NCBI RefSeq assembly: GCF_009914755.1
Contig: NC_060926.1
Length of the DNA: 64,000 nucleotides
Direction: 5' to 3' (one strand)
From: the human T2T-CHM13v2.0 reference genome, Homo sapiens
A model generated the notes under the pieces. The model had not been told where the DNA came from. It saw nothing but the letters and a program-made list of their open reading frames with translations, and did no database searches. The translations under genes were made by a program, and so were the position numbers. Below, one piece after another: positions 26,661-39,318 of the stretch. Position 1 is the first letter of the stretch, and every line of letters starts with the position of its first letter.

Positions 26661-28794
26661 AAGTACAGAAGATGCTGAGGGTTTGCTTTGAATAACAATG
26701 CAGTATGCCTCCCATCCCCTTTCTGCATGCTTCTCTTATTATGCTAGAAACAATATTTGAAGTTTGAAATAATGGAGTTAGACACTGCCTTATTATTTAA
26801 GGATTTGATATGGTAGTCAGGCAAAAATAATTTCATTTAAATTCCCTATTTCTTGACTTACTCTGCTATCTTAGAAAATTAAATTAATCTCTCTGCTGGG
26901 TCTTGAGATCCATCTAGAACTTGGCTATAACCTGAGAATGTTTTGTGTTCTGGTTTTTTCTTCACTGTTGGAGTCTGCTTGAGAAGGCTGGAAATGTATT
27001 TTCATTCCATTTTTCAGTATAACACATTGTGAGTCCTCACTGAATTAGATTCTTCCCCCTGAAAAAGCTACCCCTGGAAAGATGTTTGGCACTTTTGGAT
27101 ATTGCTCTTTTGTGTTTTTTTTTCTGGACCCCCAGGGAACCATTTAGTGAAAATGAACCATTATACTTGAATTCCCGTTCAGCCACTAGAAGAACCATTG
27201 CCCATGACTTCCCATTCACAAAAGCCATGCTCCAGCATAAGTTTCTGTCTGAAGCACTTTCTAGTTCCAATCCCATGTCTTTGGAATATTTCAGGCATGC
27301 AGGAGATCTTTTCTGGAGGTTTTACTGGAATGATTAGTTTGTGCTTGAAACAGGAGAAGCAGCTAAGGATGAGGCCTACTGGGACTCTAGATGCCATGGA
27401 GACAAGCAGATATTAGTTATGATTTCCATCATTTTTTTCACTACCTCTCTGAAAGTAGTAGATATTGTGATAAGACCTCTCAAGGAAGGGAGGACAATTA
27501 TCCTCTTTCTCCCCTACCTCACCTTTCCACCCTATAAAAGTGTGGCAGACTCAAACCAAACTTGTTGGCTGGAAGCCTAAAGGGATTCCTCCTCATGTGG
27601 CAGGCTGTCGTAGCATTTTTATGATAGCTAGTGTTTCTTTTGGTCTGAAACTCTGGTATGTGAAATATAGGTCAGGGGTTGGAAATTAATGCCTGCTTTT
27701 CATGTGAGAAGGAATAATTGGCATGAAATGTAGTAAAGAATGCCTGCAAGCCTGGCGGTGTTGGGTCATTTTTTTTTTTTTTTTTTGTTATTGGTTTTGG
27801 CTGCTATTCCCAGAAAAATAATGGGCAGGTTCACATTTCTTAGAACATATCTTTATCAACTCTGACAACTTACTGTGTCTTGGACCCCCAAGAGACAGTC
27901 AGCCTGGAAGTCTTTGCTTGTGCCATTTCTGTGCTGGATCCTTGGCTGTACACACCATGACAAATTAATACAGATGGAATAATGAATTTCTCTTATCCCT
28001 GAGACCAGACCTGCTGGGGAAAACATCTATATCCTTTGAGAGATTTGAAATTAGTATAACAAGTTCTATACAGAGATGATCATGTTGAATAAAGGTTTTA
28101 TTTTACTCTTACATGTACAGTCATCACTGGAGTATGCACATATTACAGGGAAGCTTAGTCTACAAATGGGTTGGGTTCTAACCATTAATTTTGGAATGTT
28201 GCAGACATTTTCCTTTATGAAGAATGTTATAGGTCTATCTGACTTAAAAATCAATAGGGGAGTAAAAGTACAGTGCATTTTCAATGAAAAACAATAGAAA
28301 ACACATAGTTTTAATACTATTAATTAGGCAAAACAGAGGAACAACACAATCGAAGAAGAAATAGTTTTTGCTTTTCTCAAATGTGGGTGCTTGCAGTTTG
28401 ATTAGGGGCAGATGAATCAATGCCTTTTGGTGTTTTAAAGTGGTTTTGAAAACATTCAAGGACTTGAAGGGTTGGAGGCCAATCTTTTTCTATTAAGTCT
28501 GTGACCATTATAGTTAAAAAAGCTCATTAGAAAAAAGAAACCTGAAGCAACTTTTTTTTTTTCTCATTGTCTCTTTAACACATTGGGTTGAATAGCTTTT
28601 TTCCCGATTCTTGGATGAAATTTTGAGCAGATCTCAGAGTTTTAAAAATTACTCTCTATTTTCTGGCAATTAGTAATCTTCCAGTTACTTTAAAGCTTTA
28701 AGCAGTTCAGTTCAGCATAATAATAGAAACCCATTGTCCTCTTTAAATTTTCTCCCATTTCCCAGCCAGGGCCTGACCAAGAATTGGAAGCCTG

Positions 28795-28888
28795 GTGTGT
28801 GTGTGGTGTTTGTGTGTATGCATGTGTGTGAATGCATGTGAATGTGTGTATAAATGCATGTGTATGAGAGTGTATGTATGTGAATGTA

Positions 28889-28926
<38 letters not shown>
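28795..28926. repeat. Compound (TG)/(TGTA/TGAA) simple repeat
   Basis: Degenerate then perfect TG tract; explains the His/Thr-rich ORFs. Confidence 0.95.
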
Positions 28927-28929
<3 letters not shown>

Positions 28930-30229
28930 AGACATGGCATCTCCTCTTCCATCACTAACTATGGCTTCTAGTGCCTTCAGCACTGGAGGGGGATAAGGGA
29001 GAAGAGTTAAGGGGACATCAAAGAGCTTACTGATGTGATTTGGATTTGCCATCATGGAGGCTCAAACCTGACTTTATCACAGGGGTGTTTTTGGAGTGAT
29101 TTTGCCTGTGGGAGCCTCAACTGCAACTATAATTACTGTAAGATAGGTGATACCTCATACAGTTTGTTACTTTTGACACTGTCCTCGATTCCTGGCAGTT
29201 TGCTATGTCTTTCCAGGCAGTCCTTCCAAGAACTCTAGGTTTGTTCCTTCCTGTGTGGCACACAGTTGGTGTGCAGAAAGTTTGATTCCTGCCTTGTTCT
29301 CTGCATTGCTCCTTCAGGCCGGTCTAGCCACAATGTCTTATACCTGCACTAACATTCTTTTAAAACTCTGGGAGATATTTATCAAACTCTTCAAGTGTCT
29401 CCTCCCCTTGAAGTTCCTCTCACTTGGCTTAAAGCAAAGAAGTAGGTTTTCTCCCTTGGGAGAGCCATGCTGCCAATAACTCTCTCAACAGGATTCTTCT
29501 CCAGTTCTTCAAACTGTAGAGGTTTTTTTTTTTTCTTTTCTTTTTTTTTTAATTAGGGTTCATTGATGCTGATAAAAACGGTTTTACAATCATCTTAGCA
29601 GTTCTGCACAGGGCTCTGTTCTTACCTCACTGTCATATGATATTTAGGCCTTAGGAGCCTAGAAAAAGCTGAAGTAGAAATAATTTTATTTATTATTCTG
29701 TCGAATGTCCAATTTACTTCAATACATGAAGTCTTCTTGGCTTTTGCTGTTGAGTATTATTAATACTGCTCCAATCAGCCCGAATTCAGGTTTTTTATGC
29801 TCACAAGTAGCATTATGAGAAAAACTAAAAGAAAGGTATTGGTAAAAAAGACATTGCTTACTCTGAGATAAATCTGACAGTGATATATGACAGGAAGAAA
29901 TGCAAATGGCAAAGAAATATTAAAAACATAGTCTAGCGTGAACTTGAATGTGGAAAAATGGTGGTGGGGAAGGGAAGTTTCTACTAGGGGACAAGGTCAA
30001 ATGGAGGACATCTTGGTGCATATTTAGGGTAGACACTGAAGGGGAGAAAAGGAGCAGAAATGGTGTACAAATGGCACCATTCAATTTTCCTATTACCAAC
30101 CTGGAAATTATCATTATTCATAGAGAAAACTATTCTTCAAATTAATCACTTGATTCTCCTTGTTCTAATGCAATCTCATATCCTATTCTATACCACTAAC
30201 CCATCATATGCCCAGGCTTCTGCCAGTGT

Positions 30230-30540
30230 TACCCAGGTGAATCATTTATTCAGCAAAACAGCTATTTAGGAGGCACCTGTTAAGTACAAGGGCCTGTGCC
30301 TGGTGTGTTGAGGATATACTATGTTATGGCATAGCCCACTCTCAAGGAGATTTCAGTTGAGGTGGGAATGCATGATTGTATGAAGGATGACGTAGACTCA
30401 TAGGCCTGTTAGCATTAGAACATTATTTCATGTGCTCCTGTTATTGTATAGATGAGAAAACCGAGATCTAGAAAGATTCAGTGGCCTTAGAATCAACTAG
30501 TTAAGGAATGACAGAACGAGGGCTAGAACTTGGTTCTTTT
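30230..30540 (-). mobile_element. L2 3' end followed by a MIR fragment
   Basis: catttattcagcaaaacagctatttagg; tatagatgagaaaaccgagatctagaaag. Confidence 0.6.
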
Positions 30541-32654
30541 TACTTTTGCTCACTGCTGCTTCTACAACCTCTTTTAAAAATACAATACCTTGATACAATC
30601 TTACAAAGCTATGGGCCATTTGTTCCTAAAAAACAACTGTGTGCTGGAGCCAGCTTTCACCAGCTCTTACCAGCAGATTGTGAGCACCTTTTCAACTGGC
30701 CATGGTAAAAAAATTTACACCACAGAAATGGACAAACACCACAAACCTGAGATCTTCTTCCTTCCAGGGAGAGCCAGTTATTAAACATTTACCAGCATAC
30801 CACTGCTTATACATAACAAATGTGATAAGCTCAGACACTCCTTCATGAAGTGGTCGTCACATGAATGCATTTTATGGAGAAATGAACTTTAAGACAGGGA
30901 AAGGGGAAATGACGGAGTCTATTTGAGACTGGAATTATGGAGTGAACATAATTCTGGGATATCAAATAGAGAAATTTGGCGGGGTGGGGTTACATAGGAC
31001 AGGAGTCCCTAAATCACATGCCTGCAAAGACCAGGCTGAAAAAATAAAGGTGTAAATCAGGGTGGAGTTATGAATATTAGGGCATGAGGAGTCTGTGGTA
31101 AAGTGAAAAGTAAAAGCCTCCCTAAAGGTATTAAAAAAAAAAACAAAACTTCCTGTATTCTACCCACTTTGAATTTACCGTAAAGAACTAACAAGGGTAA
31201 GCTTAGACAGCAGTTCACATCAAATAGGACCCTGAGAAGGGATTATCATTTTCCTTCTTAAATGAACATTAGTTTCCTTGACACAGTGAAGGCAACATTT
31301 AGCATCCTAATTTATTTCTCTTTTCTTTCTTACTTCTTCCATGTTTTCACTGGGAAATGTCTGTAAATTATTGCTTTTTGTTGTGTGTAAAAAGTCGTTC
31401 AACCAGCATTTTCCTTTGTTAGTGTGGGTTATTTATAGTTGAGTTTATGGTACTATTCTCAGCTTTATCATTCTGTTTCAAGGGTAATGATACTCCCAAA
31501 GAAATAAAGACTCAGTTTTGTTTCTAAGGATGTTCATTCATATCTCTATGTATCTGAAAAAAATGTCACTATGCAAAATGGAAAGTTCATATATTTTAAG
31601 GAAGGATCTAGAAACACATTATTTAATTGATTTTTTCTTTCAAAATGTCCCCAAGTTAATTTCAAATAGCCTTTTAAACATGTTTCTTTTTTACATTAAT
31701 CTGTAAGGATAACTCCACATTGATCAACAGCCATTTTTAAAAAATGAGAATTGCCTTCTGCAGAGATATCTTTATTCTAACATGTTAAATCCACAGGGCT
31801 TTATACAAAATGAAAAAAATCAATAAAACGAATGATGTGATTCCTAGTGAAAAGTTGTTCTGTATAAACAAAATACTGTAATTTTTATCTGAAAAAGTCC
31901 TAAATTCTTAAAATTCCCTAATTATAATTGCAACTGCAAGAAGCCTAACAACAAAAAATATTGCTCTTTGAAAATGTTCTGCAAGCCCCTCTAATGACAA
32001 TGACTACCATTGTGTTTGACAAGGATCCCACTGATGTTTGCTGCCAGGGGTACATGTCTCTAGCCTCAAAGATGGACTTAACTGAGGCATCCCCTGGGAT
32101 GAGCTGGTCAGAAGAAGAGCAAGGGTGGGATGGACATGGATTTTGGCATTCAGTCGTCAGAAAATAAGAGACAATCTAATCATCACAATCTATTCTACAA
32201 CTTTAGCCTCCTTAGCACAGATGGACTAACTGGCAGAGCGTATTAGAGGGGTTTTTGGGATGGCCTGCTTGCCCCTGTAACTCTGCTAGAGATATAAATG
32301 AAAAAAAAGTAGATGCTTAATAATTGTTTGCTGAAGGAGTCAGGAACTGAGAGGTCAAGTATTGCAAGTTCTCTCACAATTTTCAGTCTACTTCAGCCTA
32401 GAATCTGGGCCTCAGCCCGTAGCCACAGGTTTCTCTCTGGCTCTCTGCTGCAGAGGAGGATGGCACCCAACCAATTCTGTGCAGAAAGCCAGGAGAGTGC
32501 AGAAAATGTCATGCTCATGAGCAAAGTTCTGGGTACAAAGGACTTGTGGAGTCTGGAAATACCTGAATTTTCCTTGGAGAGGAAAGATTAGGCCTGAGAA
32601 GTTGTTCAAAATTGGACCCCTCCTTCCAAAGTGTGTCTGAAAAGTGTGTTTGGG

Positions 32655-32858
32655 ATAGGCTTGTTATGTATGGCCTTTATCATGTTGATGTATGTTACTT
32701 CTAATCCAGTTTGTTGAGAGTTTTTATCATGAAGGGGTGCTGAATTTTATTGAATGCTTTTTCAGCATCTGTTGAAATTATCATATGGATTTTGTCCTTG
32801 ATTCTGTTGATCATATATCATGTTTATTGATTTGCATGTATTGAACCATTACTGCATG
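32655..32858 (-). mobile_element. Isolated L1 ORF2 (RT region) fragment
   Basis: gtttgttgagagtttttatcatgaaggggtgctgaattttattgaatgctttttcagcatctgttga. Confidence 0.88.
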
Positions 32859-33115
32859 GATGTGCTTTGAGAAGTGCTGCATGTTCAACAATAGCCAGTC
32901 AGATTAAAAGGTGCGCCTATAGGCCCAGAGCTGCCCATGTGCCATGGGAGAAGGACCAATAGCACTATGAGCTTCCTGCTAGGGCACACCAAAATGAAAG
33001 TGTTTGGTGTGAGATGTGTACCACATCCTCCAAGCCAAAATTCTGGCTTTCTTCTGGGCTGCCAGCTTTTTCATTTCACAAAAATTTCAGCCTTTCACTT
33101 CCCTTGCTCAGATTC

Positions 33116-33227
33116 TTTTTACCCTGGGATTTACCCTGAGATTTTTTATCCTGTAAAAAAACTACCCTGTAATTTTTTTTACCCTGAAATATTACCCTGT
33201 AATATTTTTACCCTGGGATTTACCCTG
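33116..33227. repeat. Irregular TACCCTG array (8 units)
   Basis: taccctg at 33120, 33132, 33163, 33180, 33193, 33209 and 33221, plus tatcctg at 33147. Confidence 0.9.
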
Positions 33228-33429
33228 TCACAATCCATAACTTGGTTTTAGCTCCTGTTCTTCTGGTTTCATTTAGTCCTCAGTGCCCTGAAGCACGTGC
33301 CATCAGTGTCCCCTTTCTCCCTTTCTGTCATCATCCAGTGGGCTTTTCCCTGACTTCCAACTCCCAGTATTTTCATCTCAGTATCTCATTTCTTTTTCAG
33401 CAGAAGCACAGAAAACAGCTTTGCCTATG

Positions 33430-33760
33430 ATCCATGATCAGTGAGCCAGAAGTGCCTGGGAATTAACAAACCCTGGGAGCAGCTTTCAACAATGACCTCA
33501 GGACAACTCCTGAGATATAAATACCCCAGCTCCCCTGCCTCTTGGATGCAGTAATTTGAAGGGGTATGTTCCCTGGCTCTCAGAGTTTCCTCAGTGAGAT
33601 TAAACTCAAGTTGCATACAATACTAGTGGGACTGGTAAAGCACCCTTTTTCTTTTTTTGTATTCCTTCCCTTCTTCTTTACCCTTACACCCAGCATTTCC
33701 TAAAATTGCTATTTGCACTCAAATCCTTGTCTCAGGGTGCTCTGGAACAATACAAACTCC
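33430..33760 (+). mobile_element. LTR16-like (ERVL) LTR
   Basis: tataaataccccagctcccctgcc...gagtttcctcagtgagattaa...ttgcactcaaatccttgtctcagggt. Confidence 0.75.
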
Positions 33761-34072
33761 AGCACATGTCTAACATTAGGGGCTCTACCTCTACTCCCTT
33801 GCCATTTCTGTCTTTTTAAAAAACCTCTTGCTGAATCATCTAGATTCTATTTCTACAAAAGGATGGGCAATGGTTTAGAGATAAAAAAGGAAATTATATA
33901 AATGTCCAAATAATTTATACTTATGCTAGATATTCGGTGCTTTTAATCATTAGAAACCAAGGTTGTTGGCTTAGCACATCAAGTGAAAGAATTCAGTGAA
34001 ACCAGGTAGAAAAGGGTACCAATATTTTTTTAGGAATGGTAATAGCTAATCATTTATTGAACACTAGTGACA

Positions 34073-34148
34073 ATGTTTAAACTATGTGTGTGTTACTTAA
34101 GTTTATCTCTATGTTTAAACTATGTGTGTGTTACTTAAGTTTATCTCT
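34073..34148. repeat. Perfect tandem duplication, 38-bp unit, 2 copies, inside a MIR
   Basis: atgtttaaactatgtgtgtgttacttaagtttatctct at 34073-34110 and 34111-34148. Confidence 0.97.
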
Positions 34149-35239
34149 ACAATATTATTATATCTCTATAATATTATATAGATATATATGTAATATAATT
34201 ATTATATCTCTATAATAAACCTAAGAGGTAGATATACTTATTCCATTTTTACTGATGATGAATATGAATGGACCAAAGTAATTTGCCTTAAATCAGTCAG
34301 CTCATAATGGTCAAAATCCACATTTAAAGATCTTACTCATGTCAAAGTCCATTCTCTTAATTAGTCTACAGTCTTCCTTATAAGTTTTCTTTGAAGTAGA
34401 TGGGAGATATATAATCAGTCCTACTTACTGATTCTGAAATGCAATTGATCAAATCATCATTCTGAAGGTGTAAGATTACAGCTTTTCTTTAAAAGGGATT
34501 GAGCTGGCTATAAATTGCAGTATAAATTCAGATTTATTCTGTTTCACCGTTTAATTCTTGGAAAAGACTACTCATAAAAATTCTCTAATGGCATTATTGG
34601 TATTATGCATTAAGAGCTAGAAAAATAGGTCAACATTTTAGACGTATTTCTGGTGGCGCATTTTGCTATTAGTCTACAAGGATTATAGCAGATCACTATC
34701 TTTAAATGACATTGCAACTTGAGGCTCAAATTCGATGATCCTGGGAAAGTTGAAATTTAGTGCCCTGTTTTGAGGTTAAACTATGGCTGCAAGTAATTTC
34801 TAGAAAACTGACATCCTGATAGACTTGAAAAATAAAAAAAAAAGAAAGAGGAAACAAATTAAAATTGTTCTATCAGGCTTTGCCAGGGTCTAGAAATCCT
34901 AATTTATAATGAAATTGGAGGTGAGCTAAGATAGCAATAGAATGAGAAGTTAGGAAAGGGAAGAAATTGACCAGGAACAGTGAATATACTGCTTACATTA
35001 TCTTACATCAGAATTCAGGAGTCTCCAACATTCATTAACTAAATTCTCTCTTTTGTGTTTACTCTGATAGTTTTGTAGTTGTGATAATATTATAGATATA
35101 GTCTAGTTGTTGACATTTGGAGGTAAGAGTATCTCCAACCTGGGTCAGGTAGCAGTTTAGTAAAGTATTTTCTCTTCATTAAGACGAGAGGTGTTACCAA
35201 ATGGAATAAGTATTTGACTTTTCTGTGTGACCACATGAT

Positions 35240-35600
35240 ATAGGTGTTAAATAGGTTTGTCTTCAGATGCAAACATCAGAAAACCTGACTAAAATCCCTC
35301 AGGATTGATGGGGTTTACTTTTTCTAAATAGTGCTAAGTCTGAAGGTAGGTGGCTCTGAGCATTTAGGGGTTTAGACATGTGAACTCTCCTTCCTGGTTG
35401 CAAGTAGCAATCCTGGCTTAATCAAGTTTATACTCAAGGCAGAAAGAAGAGAGAATGGATGACAAAAGCTTCCCCAGAACCCACATGTGGAGTTTTCCTA
35501 TGTCTCATTAGCCAGAACTGGGTTATGTTGGCAAGCCCTTGCTGAAGCAGAGACCAGGAAGGTGAAGATTTAGTTTTTCTGCTCATACTGTGGAAGGTGA
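35240..35600 (-). mobile_element. Old MLT1 (MaLR) LTR
   Basis: cagatgcaaacatcagaaaacctgactaaa; tctcattagccagaactgggttatg. Confidence 0.6.
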
Positions 35601-36799
35601 AAGGAATGGAGGTTAGGGAGGGTATAGAATTAGCAAGCCAAGAGTTCCTATGTAATGCCAACGTGTAAGTAGGATCTATAAATATTAAATCTAAGAAAAC
35701 AAACTTTAGTAGAACATACCAAGAAGGACTAACTAATCATCACGGCTGCCCAGAACTGCAATGGGCTCCCCAGTAGGTAATTCATTCCCTATCAGAGCAT
35801 ATGTTTAAACACTGGGTGAATGAGCATTTGACCGATTTACTGTGGAGAAGATTTAAACATTAGATAGATAAGTGGTTGAACTTTATGTCTTCAAAGTTGT
35901 CTTCAAATCCTCAGGATTTTATGATACTCTGTAAGCATTCCAATTGCTTGCAATTTGAAAATTGTTTTTTCTTTGTGGTTCGCTTTTCTGTCATGGCCAC
36001 TGGCACAAATCTGCTTTACTTTTATCTTAACATTAATATCCAACAGTGAGATATCTAGTCTCTACAAAGAAAATGTATTTATCTCTGACTGTGTTCTTAT
36101 CTTAAATAAAAACCTTTTACCTCCTTCCAGAAATATTGACAGAATAGATGCTGAAAGAATTTTTTTCTAATGGATATGGTTTTTAATTTGATGCATTTTA
36201 AACTTTCAAAGGCTTCGTTAAAGCTCACACACATTGTCTTTTAGATGCCCAGTAGGATGTACATTTCTGTAGCAATCTCGAAGCACTTCCCCTATTTTTG
36301 TACAAACTTATGAGATAATCCCTATTTGGATTTGAGTCTATGTTCATGAAAGTCAGAAGTTGTTTAAAGAGAAAAATCATGTAAGTAGTGAGTTGAAATT
36401 TTGAACTGGGTAATACTGAAAGTTTTGAATTTTTGCCAAATACAGGCCAAACTAAAATGTACCCTAATCCCAGTACTTTATGTGAAATAAGATTGATTTC
36501 TGCTTTGTATGAGAAAAAGCTAAACCAAAGATGTTCGAAAAAATGCTGGAATTAATAGTCTACCCAAGAGCAATGAATTATATTTGCCAATCCCTGGAAT
36601 CAAATGAGTATTTAAAATATACCTGTAAGTCTCAAGACAGAAAACTTTTATTATTATTATTTTCCTTTTCACAAATAGTATCAGGAAAGACTAATTAAAC
36701 AAGGATGTGGAGAATACAGAACTAACTTAAAAAGAAAAATCCCCAACTTTGATTTTTTAAAAATAATCCAAATTGAATAAAAGTTGAGATATGTTCTTC

Positions 36800-37335
36800 T
36801 CTGGTCAGGCATTATTAAAATAATTGATAGCACTCGGTGATGGTAAGGATATAGGAAAACAGGCCTTGTCATTTATTTCTGGTGGAAATGTAAATTGACT
36901 CAAGTGATTTGGAAGGTAATTTTTAAAGTATCTGTAAAAAGCCCTAAAAATGTAATGATCATTGACTCAGAAATTTCACCTTTAGCAATTTATCCTCAGG
37001 AAATTCTTACATGAGTTCCAAAATATAACCAAATAATATTGCTGTGGTATTATTTGTAATAGTGAAAAATTGCATATAACCTAAATAAATCATCACTGAT
37101 ACAGTGGTGGTTGAGAAAACTATGGGACATTTGTAGAGTGGCAAATTATGTGGATTTAAAAATATAATAAAGCCTGAAGATGAAAATATCTATAATATAT
37201 TGAAAAAAGAAAAATGTAGAATATTATGTATAGCCCAATCTCACTTTGATTTTAAAAATTGTATGACTGTATCCATCTTATAAAAAGTTTTGAAGGATAT
37301 ATCATTAACTGTTTAATAGTAGTCACATTTTGGGG
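36800..37335 (+). mobile_element. L1ME/MC 3' region
   Basis: ctggtggaaatgtaaattg, ttgactcagaaatttcacctttagcaatttatcct. Confidence 0.65.
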
Positions 37336-37379
37336 CTGGAGTTCAGCATGATTTTACAAAACAATGTCTTAAAAGTTGA

Positions 37380-37495
37380 ACTCAGCCTGAGCAACATGGC
37401 GAAACCACTTCTCTACAAAAAATACAAAAATTGCGCCACTGCATTCCAGCCTGGGCAACACAGGGAGACCTTGTCTCAAAAGAAAAAAAAAAAGA
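37380..37495 (+). mobile_element. Truncated Alu with large internal deletion
   Basis: cagcctgagcaacatggcgaaacc...aaaaaatacaaaaatt|gcgccactgcattccagcctgggcaac...A tail. Confidence 0.9.
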
Positions 37496-39011
37496 ACTCA
37501 ATTTGGGAACCATCTATCCAGTAAAGGCTCTGTTAAGTGTATTTCTTTCATGTTAGGTATCTTAAAAGTATTCATGTGGTCCTAGGAATAGCAAGTCTTA
37601 CAGCCAGGATGTGTTGAGAAGAAATTGCCTGAGAAATTAGTAAAAAAGGCAATTGGAGATAAATTTACTTCTAGTTCTGGTCTTTACACAGGCTATTTAT
37701 AATTTGGGCCACATCAACTAAAATTCAGTGCTTCAGTTTGTCTGTCTTGGAAAATGGGAAGCTTAAAGATGAACTGAAACTGAGTAATTCTAAGTGCATC
37801 TGTATATGAATGTCAAGCAATATTTATTTACCTCTTTGTTTCCTTCTTTGTGAGTTTTTTTTTTAAGATGGGTATCTTTAAGATTAAGTTATTCTAAGCA
37901 CACTATCTCTGCATTATTAAATCCATGGAATGGTTTCTTCTTATTAAATTTCTTCGTATTTGAAGCTTGTCTTGGAGAAAAATAATTTTCTCCTTTTCTG
38001 AATATCCTGTCACAACTATAAGGTACACTTCCTTAGGGAAGGGTAGGAAAATTATGCAGAACAATTTTCCTAATGCAGCTATTCTCTTGTTGAGTCTTTA
38101 TCAACTCCCTTTCTTGCATGCTCTCTGTCTTTTTGCAGGTTTCTATTTCCTTTGCCCAAATGGGATCATCTTGGGATTGTAGGTCCTTTGGACTCAATGA
38201 TATTTAATAAAGGTCTTACTGTATATTCCAGATCAGAAGGACAGTTCTTTTCTATGGTTAAATTTTTTTTTTAATAATTCTTACTATTCAATGCAATGAA
38301 TGGAATAAATGGCCATTGAGGGTTGGTTGGTGAACTGAATTTTGTTGTTATTGTTTTTTTACACTTGGCTTTTTCATCTCTCATTTTTTCCCTTAGTTTC
38401 ATTATGAGAATTTTCTCTTTTTTTTTTGTATACCACAATTATAGTGGTCGCTCATTTTAAAAATACCTCTCACATATGTAGGTGGTTGGTCATACACCAT
38501 ACATTATATTACATATATAATGAAAGCTGAATTTAAGAATAGATCACAAGTACTAGGATCAAATCTGCTTTCCAAATGTCTTATATTCTATTTCATGATG
38601 CAGTTTTGAAGAAAGTGCTATGACATTTGCCAAACACATCTATCAATGCATGGAATATAATGCATCACTTGCTGTCTTTTATGCTCAGTGAAGCTCCAAG
38701 CTGAGGTGGTTGCCTCTAGACAAGAACAGCATTAGAGCATTTCTGGTTCAGTATCATTTGGCATGATACAGAGCCATTAATGCAGGTGTCTAAAGGGCTT
38801 TGAAAGCACTTGGCAGGTCAGTGCCTTTTAAACATGATTAATAGCCATTAATTAGTTTTATTTAATTTACTATTATATTATAGTCAATTCTAGAGGTAAG
38901 ATAATACACAAATTTTAAATAACCCAGTAAGAAAGAATACATTAGAATTAAATAACCAAGACTAACCCAAGTCATTAAGAATAAAAATCTTCAAAAAACT
39001 TCTGAATATCT

Positions 39012-39318
39012 AGATCAAAGTTGTCCAGTAGAAATATAATGCAAGCCACATTCATAATTTAAAATTTTCCAGTCACATTAAAAATAAATGGCATTAATTT
39101 TAATAATATATTTAATTTTACTCAATATAATAAAAATATTATCATCTCAACATGCAATCAGTTTTAAAAATTAGAGATGTTTTATATTCTTTTTTAATAA
39201 TAACTTTTTGAAATCTGGTGTGTATTTTATGCTTACAGCATCTCTGAATTCAGATTAGTCATATTTCAAATGCTTAATGGCCATATGTAGAGGCTACCAT
39301 ATTGGACAGTGCAGGTCT
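39012..39318. mobile_element. MER33-like (hAT-Charlie) element
   Basis: Ends tgtccagtagaaatataatgcaagccaca ... ggctaccatattggacagtgca, flanked by tctag. Confidence 0.8.

Noticed and set aside
27037-27580. Cluster of overlapping 70-83 aa ORFs as a possible exon
   Set aside because: No recognisable protein similarity or convincing splice-site pair; ORFs on both strands are consistent with chance
28690-29055. His/Thr-rich ORFs (similar ones at 24486-24713 and 40520-40769)
   Set aside because: Translations of TG/CA microsatellites
33116-33227. CRISPR-like or telomeric array
   Set aside because: Units are 7 bp with 5-10 nt low-complexity spacers, there are no cas genes in this primate DNA, and the motif is not TTAGGG
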